Program-made: the position numbers and the translations under genes
Source: a bacterium
GTDB lineage: Bacteria; Bacillota_I; Bacilli_A; RF39; UBA660
Assembly (NCBI GenBank): GCA_029099845.1
Contig: JAQXOT010000014.1
Location: 8,879-72,878 of the forward strand
Direction: 5' to 3'
DNA: 64,000 bases
Notes under the pieces: generated by a model
Seen by the model: only the letters and a program-made list of their open reading frames with translations
What the model was told of the DNA's origin: nothing
Databases searched by the model: none
Shown: in pieces, positions 38,469-49,139 of the stretch
Position numbering within the stretch: the first letter of the stretch is position 1
Layout of the letters: every line of letters begins with the position of its first letter

Positions 38469-40499
38469 TTAGTTGTAAATATATAGTTCGTGCTGACATC
38501 TAGTACACGCAACATATAATAAATTACGTTCATTTTTACGATAGGAATTATCGCGATCATTATATATTATAACACTATCAAATTCTAAACCTTTAGCTAC
38601 ATATGATGGAATAATTATAAGGTTTTTTTCAAACTTTTTAGTATTTATGTCTACTAAAGAAATTTTTAAATCATCTTTTAAAAGATCATATAATTTTTCT
38701 GCTTCACGATTATCTTTAGTAATTATGGCTGTACTTTTATAAATACTTTGGAGATGATTAATATCTTCAATTAAACTTTCTTTTAAACAAGCTGTATTTT
38801 TGCGAAAAACGATTGGTTTATTGTTATCTTTACGAATAGCATTTACATGCTTTAAATTAAGAATTTTATTAGTGTAGGCTATTATTTCAGGAGACGAACG
38901 ATAGGTTTTTAATAATTCTAAATATTTAGTATCGCCTTTAAAAATACTACTTAATTCTTTTAATGATTGATATTGATAATAAGGATTAATATTTTGATTG
39001 ACATCACCTAAAATGGTAAAATCTGCTTTTTGGAAAATTTTACTGATTATTATATATTGGAGACGATTATAATCTTGAGCTTCATCAATTACCACTTGTT
39101 TAATATTATTCTCGTATGGGAAACCTTCTAGTGTACCTTTGATGTAACTAAATAATAAAGCGTCTTCATAATTAAGAATGTCTTTTTTTATAAATGTATT
39201 TATTTCATGTTCTGAAAGTGAAATAGAGCAATATTTACTTTGAAAGAAATTCTTATATATTTCTTTATAATCTTTAGTAAAGTTGGCTTCTTCTTTCATT
39301 AATTTAATAAATGTTTTAACTTTTTTACTACTTCCTTTGTAGAAGTTTGATGATAATCTTTTAGCCATTTCATCTATTCGTTCAAAAAGTGGAAGACGGC
39401 TATATTTATTGTGAAGCATTTCATTTAATTCTTCTTCTGTTACAATATTGATTTCATTTTCAATAACAGGGCCTGTGAAGCGACAAGATGATAGATAGTC
39501 ATTTAAATAATTATCTATGTCCGTAATGATTTTATCGCTTTGTTTATATTTAACTAAATCGGTATTAGTTTCTTGATATGTATAATACCGGGAAATAAAA
39601 TCAGTGAATGTTTCAATATCTTTATATTCTGTAATGAAAAATGAAAGGTAGTCATTAAAGGTTGTTTGAAGGGTGTTTTTTTCGCCTAATGAAGGAAGAA
39701 CATCAGATATGTATTCTGTAAAAATATTGTTTGGTGAAAAAATTAATATATTATTACTAGTGAGATTTTTTAAGCGGTATAAAAGAAAGGCAATGCGATG
39801 AAGAGCAACAGTTGTTTTACCACTACCAGCTATACCTTGAACTATTAAATTGTTATCTTCTAAATTACGAATAACTTTGTTTTGTTCTTGTTGAATTGTA
39901 TTTACAACATTTTTCATTTTGTCGGTAGATTCGGCAGCTAGTACTTCTTGGAGAATTTCATCATCAATATTTAAGGAATTATCGAAGACACCAACTAAAT
40001 GATTATCGGCGATTTTATATTGTCTTTTTCTTTTTAATTCTCCATGGTAAATGCCACCTGGGGCACTATACTCGCACTCTCCTACTTCATAGTCGTAGAA
40101 TAAACTACAAATTGGGCTTCGCCAGTCATATAAAATATTATTTAATTGTTTATCTTTTAAATAGGTTAAGGAAATATAGATATTGTGGATTTGATTTTGA
40201 TCATCTTTGAAAACGATTGAGGCAAAGTATGGTTTGTCTTTAATTTGGCAAAGTTTTTTATAATACTCCTGTTTCTGGAAAACTTTTTCAGCCTCTTGGG
40301 AAGTAGCAACCATTACTTGACTCATTTCACCATCATCAAAACTAGAAGCGTCGGCCCACATCATCTTTTTAAATTCAACTAAGTTTTCACTATCAGTATT
40401 AACATCTTCACCTAAGCTTGTTATGGTTTCATTCAAAAGATGCTCTACTTTTTGTAAAATTTTGGTTTCAATTTGAAATTCTTTTTCACTAATTGCCAT
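38469..40499 (-). CDS. helD: HelD-like UvrD/Rep-family helicase
   Basis: Walker A VQGIAGSGKTTVALHRIAFLLY, DEAQDY, and C-terminal YVACTRCQHEL. The N-terminal part is helical. Confidence 0.75.
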   Translation of the reverse strand: MAISEKEFQIETKILQKVEHLLNETITSLGEDVNTDSENLVEFKKMMWADASSFDDGEMSQVMVATSQEAEKVFQKQEYYKKLCQIKDKPYFASIVFKDDQNQIHNIYISLTYLKDKQLNNILYDWRSPICSLFYDYEVGECEYSAPGGIYHGELKRKRQYKIADNHLVGVFDNSLNIDDEILQEVLAAESTDKMKNVVNTIQQEQNKVIRNLEDNNLIVQGIAGSGKTTVALHRIAFLLYRLKNLTSNNILIFSPNNIFTEYISDVLPSLGEKNTLQTTFNDYLSFFITEYKDIETFTDFISRYYTYQETNTDLVKYKQSDKIITDIDNYLNDYLSSCRFTGPVIENEINIVTEEELNEMLHNKYSRLPLFERIDEMAKRLSSNFYKGSSKKVKTFIKLMKEEANFTKDYKEIYKNFFQSKYCSISLSEHEINTFIKKDILNYEDALLFSYIKGTLEGFPYENNIKQVVIDEAQDYNRLQYIIISKIFQKADFTILGDVNQNINPYYQYQSLKELSSIFKGDTKYLELLKTYRSSPEIIAYTNKILNLKHVNAIRKDNNKPIVFRKNTACLKESLIEDINHLQSIYKSTAIITKDNREAEKLYDLLKDDLKISLVDINTKKFEKNLIIIPSYVAKGLEFDSVIIYNDRDNSYRKNERNLLYVACTRCQHELYIYN

Positions 40500-40541
40500 A
40501 TTAGTCCTTCCTTTTATTTATCTATTATTTATTTTCTCGTT

Positions 40542-40569
40542 AAAAAATAGTTACTTTTGTAACTATTTT
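40542..40569 (-). terminator. Terminator after the phosphohexomutase gene
   Basis: An 11-bp stem (aaaatagttac / gtaactatttt) with a 4-nt loop. Confidence 0.65.
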
Positions 40570-40592
40570 ACTAGCTAGCTTATAATTACTTA

Positions 40593-41966
40593 TTAAATAT
40601 TATATTTTTCGATAATACTAGTAAATTCTTTTTGTATTAGATCTAAGCGTTCTTTCGTACTAGCTTCAAAGCGAGCAGTAATATTTGGCCCGGTGTTACT
40701 GGCACGAACTAGAGCCCAGCCATCTTCAAATAAAACTTTTATGCCATCAATTGTTAAGTAGTTATATTTTTTTTCTTGAACATAAGATAAAACTTTTTCA
40801 ATGACTTGAAATTTTTTATCATCTGGACTTGTAAATTTTAATTCAGGGGTTGAATAATACTCATTTATTCCAGCAAGTAAATCATCAACATTTTTATTTG
40901 TGTGAGATAAAATTTCTAGTAATCTTAGACCAGCATATAGTCCACTATCAAAGCCTGGCCATTTATCATTAAAATATACGTGGCCTGATAATTCCCCACC
41001 GAATGGTAAGTTATTATCGCGAACTGCTGCTTTGGTATAAGAATTGCCAGTACGATAACAAATTCCTTTACCACCAAGTTTTTCTATTTCATCGCTTAAA
41101 GATTTAGAACATTTGACGTCATATAAAAATTCTTTTTTAGCTACCTTATTAATAATATCTCTAATTATTATAATCATATATTTATCGGTAGGAATGAATT
41201 TATTACTATTAGATATTACCCCTATTCGATCACCATCGCCGTCAAAAGCAAGACCAACATCAGCCCCGACTTCTAACATTTTAGCTTTTAGCTGTTCTAG
41301 GTTAGATTCAACGCATGGATCTGGATGGTGATTTGGAAAATTGCCATCACTTTCATTGTTGATGATCGTTAAATCTAATGGGAACATTTCGTATAATTCT
41401 TTAGCAATAATGCTTGTTGTGCCGTTGCCTGGATCAATTACAACTTTAACACGGCGAGGGCCAAAAGTTAAATTTTCTTTAAATAGTTTTAAATAGTCTT
41501 CTCTAATATCATAATTTTCTACTTTACCTTCACCACTAGAAAAATTACCTTTTTTAATGTAGGCTAAGAAATCTTTTATTTCTTGACCTTTACAATTCCC
41601 TCTTTCGTCGAAAGCAAATTTTAGGCCATTATCGTCTTTGGGATTATGGGAAGCAGTAATCATTATGCCACTATATATACCAAGTTTTATACAGGCGTAA
41701 TAATACATTGGTGTTGTACATTCTCCTAAAGATATAATATTAATACCAGTTTTAATTATTCCAGATACTAAAGCATTGTGAAGACTAGGACTACTTATGC
41801 GATTATCAAAACCAATTACACAAGTTGTTTTCCCAAGACTTTTAATGTAACTGCCAAAACCCAATCCGATTGTATAAACTGTATCTTCATCAATTTCTGT
41901 TGGATATATTCCTCTTATATCATAACCACGAAAAATGTTTTCATTAATATTTTCTTTTATTTTCAT
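40593..41966 (-). CDS. Phosphomannomutase/phosphoglucomutase-family phosphohexomutase
   Basis: The ITASHNPKDDNGLKF phosphoserine loop, the FDGDGDR metal loop, and GELSGH. Confidence 0.85.
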   Translation of the reverse strand: MKIKENINENIFRGYDIRGIYPTEIDEDTVYTIGLGFGSYIKSLGKTTCVIGFDNRISSPSLHNALVSGIIKTGINIISLGECTTPMYYYACIKLGIYSGIMITASHNPKDDNGLKFAFDERGNCKGQEIKDFLAYIKKGNFSSGEGKVENYDIREDYLKLFKENLTFGPRRVKVVIDPGNGTTSIIAKELYEMFPLDLTIINNESDGNFPNHHPDPCVESNLEQLKAKMLEVGADVGLAFDGDGDRIGVISNSNKFIPTDKYMIIIIRDIINKVAKKEFLYDVKCSKSLSDEIEKLGGKGICYRTGNSYTKAAVRDNNLPFGGELSGHVYFNDKWPGFDSGLYAGLRLLEILSHTNKNVDDLLAGINEYYSTPELKFTSPDDKKFQVIEKVLSYVQEKKYNYLTIDGIKVLFEDGWALVRASNTGPNITARFEASTKERLDLIQKEFTSIIEKYNI

Positions 41967-42021
41967 GTTTCCTCCTACTTTATTTTAATTATACAAAATT
42001 TTTTGACAAAATAAAAGAATA

Positions 42022-42735
42022 CTATTTCATATTCTTCGATTTTATTTTTAATTTTTTATAATACTGTTCCCGTAATTCTTTATATTTATTTAGTTTATCT
42101 TTAGCATTAGGGAAAGATTTAATTAATCGTTTGATGAAGAAAGAATTTTTGCTTAATTCTTCAAGAACTTTAGCCTTTACTTCTCCAGTTGAATCTTTAG
42201 TATATCTAGCAAAATTATCTTTAAACTTAATAACTGTTTTGGTTGAAATAATGAAGTCAATGATAATTATTACAGCAAAGATAATGGCTAGTATTATTAA
42301 GATTTTGTCAGGAATAATGGTAAATAATTTTTTTATAATGTGATTTATAAATTTGATGGAAATTATACCAGCAACGCCAAACATTAGACCAATTTCTAAA
42401 CATATTCGGCCATTTAAGTTAAATCGTTTTTCAGAATAATCCCACCAGCGTAATTTAAAAAGTTTTTCTAATATATAGCTGGATACATATTCTAGAATTA
42501 GACAGCTTACCATACTCATTATAAATAAGGCAAATAAATCATTGCTGTATTTTTCAAGGGTAAGAGTCATAAATAGACCGCCGAAACCAAAAATAGGCAA
42601 ATATGGTCCAATCAAGAAACCGCGGCTAAAAACGGCTTCCTTACGATTAATACTGACAAAAGTTGATTCGATTATATAGCCTAGAATTGAATATATAAAA
42701 AATATTAAAAATAGTGTGTACAGATTATATTCCAT
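42022..42735 (-). CDS. Polytopic membrane protein (the family annotated 'putative ABC-transporter type IV')
   Basis: FFIYSILGYIIESTF...GFLIGPYLPIFGFGG matches that family as I recall it. Confidence 0.5.
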   Translation of the reverse strand: MEYNLYTLFLIFFIYSILGYIIESTFVSINRKEAVFSRGFLIGPYLPIFGFGGLFMTLTLEKYSNDLFALFIMSMVSCLILEYVSSYILEKLFKLRWWDYSEKRFNLNGRICLEIGLMFGVAGIISIKFINHIIKKLFTIIPDKILIILAIIFAVIIIIDFIISTKTVIKFKDNFARYTKDSTGEVKAKVLEELSKNSFFIKRLIKSFPNAKDKLNKYKELREQYYKKLKIKSKNMK

Positions 42736-42749
42736 GGTTTACTCCTTTA

Positions 42750-43511
42750 TTATATTAATGATGAAATTAATAAGATAATAACACCAATTGTAATGCCAAT
42801 ATAGCATACTTTTTTATCTTTACTTTCTCGAATACGAGGAATTAATTCACTTAATGTAATAAATAATACCATACCTAAAGTTATTGATAATAGTGTGCCA
42901 AGTAATATAGGATTGATAGTACTTATATTTAAAAAGAACATAATTAAACCACCAATAAAGGTTGATAAGGAAACAGCACTAATTATTGATATTGTCTTCC
43001 ATATATTTTCATTGCTTTGGTAAAAAGTTGCGGCAATTACCATCCCAAGGGGAATATTATGAAAGCCAATTCCTAAGGTAACAGCTAAACCTATTTTGGT
43101 ATCAGTTAAAACGGTGGCGTAAACGGCCATTCCTTCAACAATATTGTGTAAAACTAAAGCTAGTGATGTTACTACTCCAATATGAATCAAATTACTTTTT
43201 AATTCTTTTTTATCAAGATTTGCGTTTTCATTATGATCATGATCGGGAATAAACTTGTCTAATATTTTTAAAATAAAATAGCCAAAAGCAGTTCCTAATA
43301 AAAAGACATAAATATATTTTAAGCCTAAGTTTTCTATTATTTCTGGTAATAAATCTAAAATGACCAACATTACCATTACACCTAGAGCCAGTCCAATTGA
43401 AAAGTCAGAAACTTTTTCTTTTTTCTTAGCAATGAAGGCAACTAAAGCTCCTATTAAAATAAATATTCCTAATAATAGTGTCGTTAATAATCCAAGTTTT
43501 GCATTATCCAT
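42750..43511 (-). CDS. ZIP-family divalent metal transporter
   Basis: HNIVEGMAV and HNIPLGM motifs, plus a His-rich loop PDHDHNEN. Confidence 0.8.
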   Translation of the reverse strand: MDNAKLGLLTTLLLGIFILIGALVAFIAKKKEKVSDFSIGLALGVMVMLVILDLLPEIIENLGLKYIYVFLLGTAFGYFILKILDKFIPDHDHNENANLDKKELKSNLIHIGVVTSLALVLHNIVEGMAVYATVLTDTKIGLAVTLGIGFHNIPLGMVIAATFYQSNENIWKTISIISAVSLSTFIGGLIMFFLNISTINPILLGTLLSITLGMVLFITLSELIPRIRESKDKKVCYIGITIGVIILLISSLI

Positions 43512-43515
43512 TTTT

Positions 43516-44331
43516 TCACCTCAAAATTAATACTAAGATTATGGCTAAAGCGAAAAGTAAGCGATAAACCAGAAATATTTTAAAATTATGTTTCTGTAAA
43601 TATTTTAACAAATATTTGATACATAGTAAACCTATTATGAATGATATTAAAATTCCTAAGATGAAGGTTCCTATATTAGCACCTATTAAAGCCCAAACTG
43701 TACTATCTAGTAGTTCCAAAGCTAAAGCTCCACAAACTACAGGGGCACTTAGATAGAAAGAAAATTTAGCGGCGTCTTCTCTATTTATACCTAAAAGTCT
43801 GGCTGCAGCAATTGTTGTGCCACTTCGAGAAAACCCAGGAATAAGGGCAAATATTTGACTGCAACCAATTATAAGTGAGTCTTTTATAGTCATATCTTGA
43901 AGAGAACGATTACTTTTACTATGGCAATCAGCCAAATATATTATAATACCCATTATTCCTAAAGCTAGAGCAATAATTATAAAATTGTTGCGAATAGCAC
44001 CTTCTATTAGATCGTCAAATAAAACTCCAGCAATACCAGCGGGAATAGTTGCGATAATTAGATACCAAAAGATTTTCCCTTGATCATCTTTTAAGCCTTT
44101 AGTAACGCCATTTTTTAACATATTTAGAAAATCTTTAAAAAAGAAAACGGCTATTGATAGTAAAGTCCCAAAATGAAGTGCTAAGTCAAATGTTAAATTA
44201 AGGCTTTCATTTAGACCCGTTCCAAGGCCAAATAAATCTCTAAATATTATGAGATGGGCTGAGGAAGAAATTGGTAAAAACTCGGCTATACCTTGAATAA
44301 TTCCTAAAATTATAATTGATAAGATTTGCAT
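43516..44331 (-). CDS. uppP: Undecaprenyl-diphosphate phosphatase
   Basis: GIIQGIAEFLPISSSAHL and PGFSRSGTTI motifs. Length is 271 aa. Confidence 0.9.
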   Translation of the reverse strand: MQILSIIILGIIQGIAEFLPISSSAHLIIFRDLFGLGTGLNESLNLTFDLALHFGTLLSIAVFFFKDFLNMLKNGVTKGLKDDQGKIFWYLIIATIPAGIAGVLFDDLIEGAIRNNFIIIALALGIMGIIIYLADCHSKSNRSLQDMTIKDSLIIGCSQIFALIPGFSRSGTTIAAARLLGINREDAAKFSFYLSAPVVCGALALELLDSTVWALIGANIGTFILGILISFIIGLLCIKYLLKYLQKHNFKIFLVYRLLFALAIILVLILR

Positions 44332-45168
44332 TTACTCATCCCCTAACTTATAACCAATGATAGTAGCAATGGCTAATAAAATTAAGCCAATTATTATATG
44401 TGGTAAAGATATTTTTACTGATAAGGCATTCATAATAAGAACAATAACACTTGAGATAACAAAGCCTAATATGGCATAGTATGTACTTACTTCGTGGTAC
44501 TTAAATAGGTATTCTAATAGTTTTGAAACTAGAAGAATTCCTAAAATAATCCCAATACCAAAAGGTATTAAAATTGCAATGTTATGAAAGAAATGAGAAA
44601 AATCTGTTAAATTACTAATGGTATTAACTATTGGTTCATAAAAACCTAATAACATTAAAACAAAGGAACCACTGATACCAGGAATTACCATCGTAGCGGC
44701 AGCAATTAAGCCTACTAAAGCTAAAAGCAAATATGTTATGATGGATAAGTTTTCTAAATTTATACTATTTGTGCCGCTATTGATAAAATTCATAAATATA
44801 ATAAGGGCAAAGGTTAAAATAAATAAGAAAATATTAAGCCCTTTAGGTTTAGTCTTTTTTATTTTCTTAGTTAGGAGTGGGATACCACCAATAATTAGTC
44901 CAACAAAGAATAACGTTGTTGGGAAAGGAAATTTGTCAAGACATAAGCTAATTACTTTACTCATTAACAAAATTGATAGAGCTGCTCCAAAAATGAAAGG
45001 TAAAATAAATTTTAAGCTTTCTTTAGGTTTTTTGAAAAAATTACTGATTGAAGATATTAAGTCTTCATAAACTCCCATAGTTAAAGCAAGAGTTCCCCCA
45101 CTTACTCCGGGAATGATGTTGGCTATACCAAAAATAGCTCCTTTTAATATTAATATTATATTCTTCAT
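44332..45168 (-). CDS. DUF368-family membrane protein (PopT-type polyprenyl-phosphate transporter family)
   Basis: IIPGVSGGTLALTMGVYE and a second PGISGSFVLMLLGFY repeat. Start refined to the ATG at 45168 behind AAAGGAGA. Its stop abuts the uppP ATG with no gap. Confidence 0.75.
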   Translation of the reverse strand: MKNIILILKGAIFGIANIIPGVSGGTLALTMGVYEDLISSISNFFKKPKESLKFILPFIFGAALSILLMSKVISLCLDKFPFPTTLFFVGLIIGGIPLLTKKIKKTKPKGLNIFLFILTFALIIFMNFINSGTNSINLENLSIITYLLLALVGLIAAATMVIPGISGSFVLMLLGFYEPIVNTISNLTDFSHFFHNIAILIPFGIGIILGILLVSKLLEYLFKYHEVSTYYAILGFVISSVIVLIMNALSVKISLPHIIIGLILLAIATIIGYKLGDE

Positions 45169-45178
45169 ACTTTCTCCT

Positions 45179-46798
45179 TTAGTTTTCAAATATTGGCATA
45201 ATTACAGGGACTACATGTTTTTTCCGAGATACGCAGCCAGCAATAAAGTAACCTTGAGGAATATTTTTAATATTATAAGCTAATTCAATGATGTTTCTTC
45301 CTTTGGTATTAAATATTACATAGCTACCATTTTTTATAATATCTGTAACAAATAAAGCAACAAGGCTATAATTATTTGATTCGGATACTTCATCTAGGAC
45401 ATGAATATAGTCTAAAAGATCTTTTTCAATTTCTTCAAAATTCATAGTAAAGAATTGACCAATGGCAAAATTTTTATCGTCGACAGTATAAATTTTAAAG
45501 TCGTTATATAAAACGTCTTCTTTGCTCATGCCTTCTAATGAGGTACCGGCTTTTAATAAGTTCATTCCATATTTTTTATAATCCACTCCTGCAAGATGGG
45601 CTAATTCATGGACTGCTTCAACATCTTTTGCGGTTGCGGTTGGACTCTTTAAAATTAAAGTATCAGATAATATTCCAGATAAAAGTGCTCCGGCTATATT
45701 GGTTGGAATTTCTATTTTGCGTTCTTTATATAAAGTATAAACAATGGTGCAAGTTGAACCAACCGCCATATTACGGAAATTTACTGGGCTTGTTGTTGTA
45801 ATACTACCCAAATTATGATGATCGATAATTTCAATAATATCGGCCTCTTCAATGCCTTCAACGCTTTGAAGTTTTTCATTGTGGTCAACTAATATTACTC
45901 TTTTGGGATGCTTTTCTGATAAGTCAGTTATTTTTAGAAGGCCAAGGCACTTATTGCGACGATCAACAATTGGATAATTGGTATGTTTTAGACGATTATT
46001 TATGTCTGTAACATTAGCAACAAATTCAGTATTTTCAAACTTGGTTGGATTATAACTTCTAATCATGGTTTTTATATAGTTGGTTAGACTAACTAATCTA
46101 GTAATATGATATGTTGTATATGGTGTTCTTATGATGTTAACGCCATTTCTTTTAGCAATTGCTAAGTGTTCTTCTTTTATTTGGGCATCACCGGATAAAA
46201 TGATTAATTTAACACCTGATTCTACAGCATATTCAATAATGCTGTGGCGATCCCCAACAATTAATATCGTTTCTCGACGTAGTTTAACATTTTGAAGAAA
46301 TGTTGTGCTACGGTAGGCAGCAACTAAAATATGACCGATTATTTCTTCATCAACGCGAAGTACTTCCTCTCCTTTTAAAACATGTAGTAAATTATCATAT
46401 GATGTGTATAAATCTTCCGCGTTTTCATTGACTATAACATGAGATAAATCTTTAATCGTAATTAAGCCAATGAAATAACCTTTTTCGTCAACTACTGGTA
46501 GACCAGTTAGACCTTCTTCTAACATTTTTTGATAACCATTATAGATCGAATCTGTTTCTTTAATTAAGAAATTTTTATGATAGTCAATATCTTTTATTTG
46601 TAATTTAACATCATTTAAATATTCTGGCGGAGTTAAATTAAAATATTTAAGTGCATATTGAGTTTCCTTGTTAATATCCCCTAAAACTTTAGGGACAGTA
46701 TTTTCTCCTAATTTATTTTTTAAATATGATAAGCCGATTGCTGACATTACTGAATCTGTATCTGGTTTTTTGTGTCCAAATATATATATTTTGCTCAT
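45179..46798 (-). CDS. ppaC: Family II (DHH) inorganic pyrophosphatase with a CBS/DRTGG insert
   Basis: GHKKPDTDSV, and DHH/DHHA2 motifs (VDHNE, IIDHHNLG). The roughly 250-aa insert contains CBS-like repeats. Confidence 0.85.
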   Translation of the reverse strand: MSKIYIFGHKKPDTDSVMSAIGLSYLKNKLGENTVPKVLGDINKETQYALKYFNLTPPEYLNDVKLQIKDIDYHKNFLIKETDSIYNGYQKMLEEGLTGLPVVDEKGYFIGLITIKDLSHVIVNENAEDLYTSYDNLLHVLKGEEVLRVDEEIIGHILVAAYRSTTFLQNVKLRRETILIVGDRHSIIEYAVESGVKLIILSGDAQIKEEHLAIAKRNGVNIIRTPYTTYHITRLVSLTNYIKTMIRSYNPTKFENTEFVANVTDINNRLKHTNYPIVDRRNKCLGLLKITDLSEKHPKRVILVDHNEKLQSVEGIEEADIIEIIDHHNLGSITTTSPVNFRNMAVGSTCTIVYTLYKERKIEIPTNIAGALLSGILSDTLILKSPTATAKDVEAVHELAHLAGVDYKKYGMNLLKAGTSLEGMSKEDVLYNDFKIYTVDDKNFAIGQFFTMNFEEIEKDLLDYIHVLDEVSESNNYSLVALFVTDIIKNGSYVIFNTKGRNIIELAYNIKNIPQGYFIAGCVSRKKHVVPVIMPIFEN

Positions 46799-46884
46799 AC
46801 CACCACTTCTTTCCTATCCTCGATTATATCATAAATAATTAAAAGAGCAAAGATAATCAGGAATACTTTTAATGTTTTTTATTA

Positions 46885-46907
46885 AAAGAAAAAGAGGTTA
46901 TCCTCTT
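46885..46907 (-). terminator. Terminator of the HD-domain gene
   Basis: A 6-bp GC-containing stem (aagagg / cctctt) with a 4-nt loop, followed by a T-rich tail on the minus strand. Confidence 0.45.
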
Positions 46908-47400
46908 ATTTAAAATTCATAAATATTAATGTATATAAAGCTATTGCTGCTGTTTTACAATATTTTCTTAAACCTAGACCTCTTTCATAAATAGAGGCAA
47001 TATCATCAATAATATCTACAATCCAGCTTTCTAAGTATTTAGGTGGAGTAAAGGTTATTGGAAACATATGTGTTTCGATGATATCAATTTGTTTTTCGCT
47101 AAGGTTTATAATCCTTTGGGCGTTTTTTACAGCATATTTAGGATGCTGGCTTAATCTAGCAATTGGATTTTTGTGGGCTACATCATCACTAAAAAAGTCA
47201 TGCAATAAAGCGGCTTGAGTAGTCTCTTTATAATCTAGACCAAAGGTCTTTGTAATTATATATGAATAATAAGCAACTCTATATGAATGGTCATACCTTG
47301 TAATACCATGATGTTTGATATTTTTTAAGTTTTGATATTCTTCGTGACATTCAATAGGCTTTATTAAATTATAAAACTCTTCATTACTAAAGTCTAACAT
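46906..47400 (-). CDS. HD-domain phosphohydrolase
   Basis: H...HD pattern (KHHGITRYDHSYRVAYY...LLHDFF). Length is 164 aa. Confidence 0.7.
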   Translation of the reverse strand: MLDFSNEEFYNLIKPIECHEEYQNLKNIKHHGITRYDHSYRVAYYSYIITKTFGLDYKETTQAALLHDFFSDDVAHKNPIARLSQHPKYAVKNAQRIINLSEKQIDIIETHMFPITFTPPKYLESWIVDIIDDIASIYERGLGLRKYCKTAAIALYTLIFMNFK

Positions 47401-47528
47401 TACTTCACCTCTTTTATCGTTCTAATTAATGTTATCATATTTTGACGTTTTGTAAAGATATTTAATTTATTTTTTAGGGACTTAACTGTTAAATATAGTA
47501 ATATTTTATTAAATTCTTAGGTAAAATA

Positions 47529-48848
47529 TTAAACAAGGCTGGTTAAAATTTCTTCCATTTCTTTAGTATCTTCTTCGGTTGTCGTTGTTGTTTTGGGATC
47601 GATATTAAACCATGATGGTAATTTTGAATCGTCTTGTTTGTTGTTTGATGATTTTTTAGAAGTATCTTTGGTCTTACGATTTTCCATCATTTTCTTTAAT
47701 TTTTTGTGCTCTTTTTCAGTTATTTTCATGGCTTCTTCTACCGTTTCAATATTTAAACGTTTCCATTGCCCTGCTATTGCTTCAACATAGCCTTTAGTTA
47801 ATTGTTCATTATTTATTTTTAATACATAAGAAATTAATACATTAACAACACCAGGATTTAATTTTTGCTCAATTAAAAGATTTTCAATTAAGCGCTTATC
47901 ACGATCGGTCGGTTCGGCCCCTTTATAACGGGCTTTTAGTAATTGATATGGGGTAATGTTTTCAAATGTATAAACCATTTTGGCCCATTTAGAATTATCA
48001 CCTTGAGGTTTTTTTAAGTACTCAGGTTGCTTGTTATATATTAGGGTTGGTAATGAACCGTTATTATCAAATTGATAGTAATCCCGACAACTTTTGCGGA
48101 GTAGGTTTTTGTCAATTAAACCTTTCTCGTTTAAAGAATTACGAACTAATCCTTGCATATCTAAAGTGTTTAAATTGTATGTAAAGCTTAGGGCATTAAT
48201 TAATTCTTTTACTTCATTAGAAAAGCATTTGTCGGAAATTTGTTCTTTAGGAAGACTTGATATTAATAAATTAAAATCAATTCCCTTATTAATTAAAATA
48301 TTATTGGAATCACGTTTAGTAATATCCCCTTCTATTTCTAAGACTGAGCCTTTAACAGATGTAAATACTTCATTAAAACTGCAAGTTACATCTTCATAAT
48401 CTTTTAGGTTAATACGGGGAATTTTATAAAGATTTAGAAGCTTATCATATTCTTTTTTACCTAAATTATTATATAAAACTACATTTAAAATAGGATGAGA
48501 AAAAAATTCATTGGCTGATAGAGGTGAATATATTAAATAAGCATAGTGATTAATACTATCTTTTTTTACGTAACTTTTTAGTAGGCCTACGGCTTCAAGT
48601 TTTTCACGGGCGATTACAATATCTTCTAATTTTAATTGCATTGTCGACATTAAATGGTGATGAGTTAGTTCTTCACTCATTAGTTCTAATTTATCTAAAT
48701 CATCTAATAGTGTTAAATATAATGAAACAGCAGTATAACCAATTATCGGTTGATATAGACGACTAATTAATTTTAAATCACTATCGCTTAGTATCGTTTT
48801 ATTGATTACTGTATATGTATCGGCTGGTAAAATTGTTAGATTTTTCAT
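47529..48848 (-). CDS. dnaB: Replication initiation and membrane attachment protein, Bacillus DnaB type (DnaD-like domains)
   Basis: LSDSDLKLISRLYQPIIGYTAVSLYLTLL is the characteristic N-terminus. Start refined to the ATG at 48848. Confidence 0.75.
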   Translation of the reverse strand: MKNLTILPADTYTVINKTILSDSDLKLISRLYQPIIGYTAVSLYLTLLDDLDKLELMSEELTHHHLMSTMQLKLEDIVIAREKLEAVGLLKSYVKKDSINHYAYLIYSPLSANEFFSHPILNVVLYNNLGKKEYDKLLNLYKIPRINLKDYEDVTCSFNEVFTSVKGSVLEIEGDITKRDSNNILINKGIDFNLLISSLPKEQISDKCFSNEVKELINALSFTYNLNTLDMQGLVRNSLNEKGLIDKNLLRKSCRDYYQFDNNGSLPTLIYNKQPEYLKKPQGDNSKWAKMVYTFENITPYQLLKARYKGAEPTDRDKRLIENLLIEQKLNPGVVNVLISYVLKINNEQLTKGYVEAIAGQWKRLNIETVEEAMKITEKEHKKLKKMMENRKTKDTSKKSSNNKQDDSKLPSWFNIDPKTTTTTEEDTKEMEEILTSLV

Positions 48849-48861
48849 AATATCACCCATA

Positions 48862-48881
48862 TAAAAATGGCAATAGCCATT
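48862..48881 (-). terminator. Possible terminator upstream of dnaB
   Basis: A 6-bp stem (aatggc / gccatt) with a 4-nt loop, followed by T5 on the minus strand. Confidence 0.35.
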
Positions 48882-49139
48882 ATTTTTATAATTTTTTTCC
48901 TATTATTTTATCTTTATTAACACTATTCGTCAATAGTAGTTATAGATAATTTTAGAAGTATAAATGGAAATATTAAGTTTCTAAACATTTCCTTATCTAG
49001 AATGCAAAATTTTTATATTTGATAATATATCGTATATGAATTTGGGTGGTCAAGCATTGTTCAGGAGATGGCTTTCTTTTAGAATCCATATTTTGTTTAT
49101 ATATTGTGTTTTCTTCTATTAAAACAATAATTTCAAGCA

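Noticed and set aside
48940-48958. An exact 19-mer, ttatagataattttagaag, is shared with 50434-50452. I considered it as a possible repeat, regulatory motif or duplication scar.
   Set aside because: My rough expectation for a chance 19-mer match in 64 kb of DNA this AT-rich, counting both strands, is of order 0.1-1. The flanks do not align, and the second copy is simply the 3' end of pilD.
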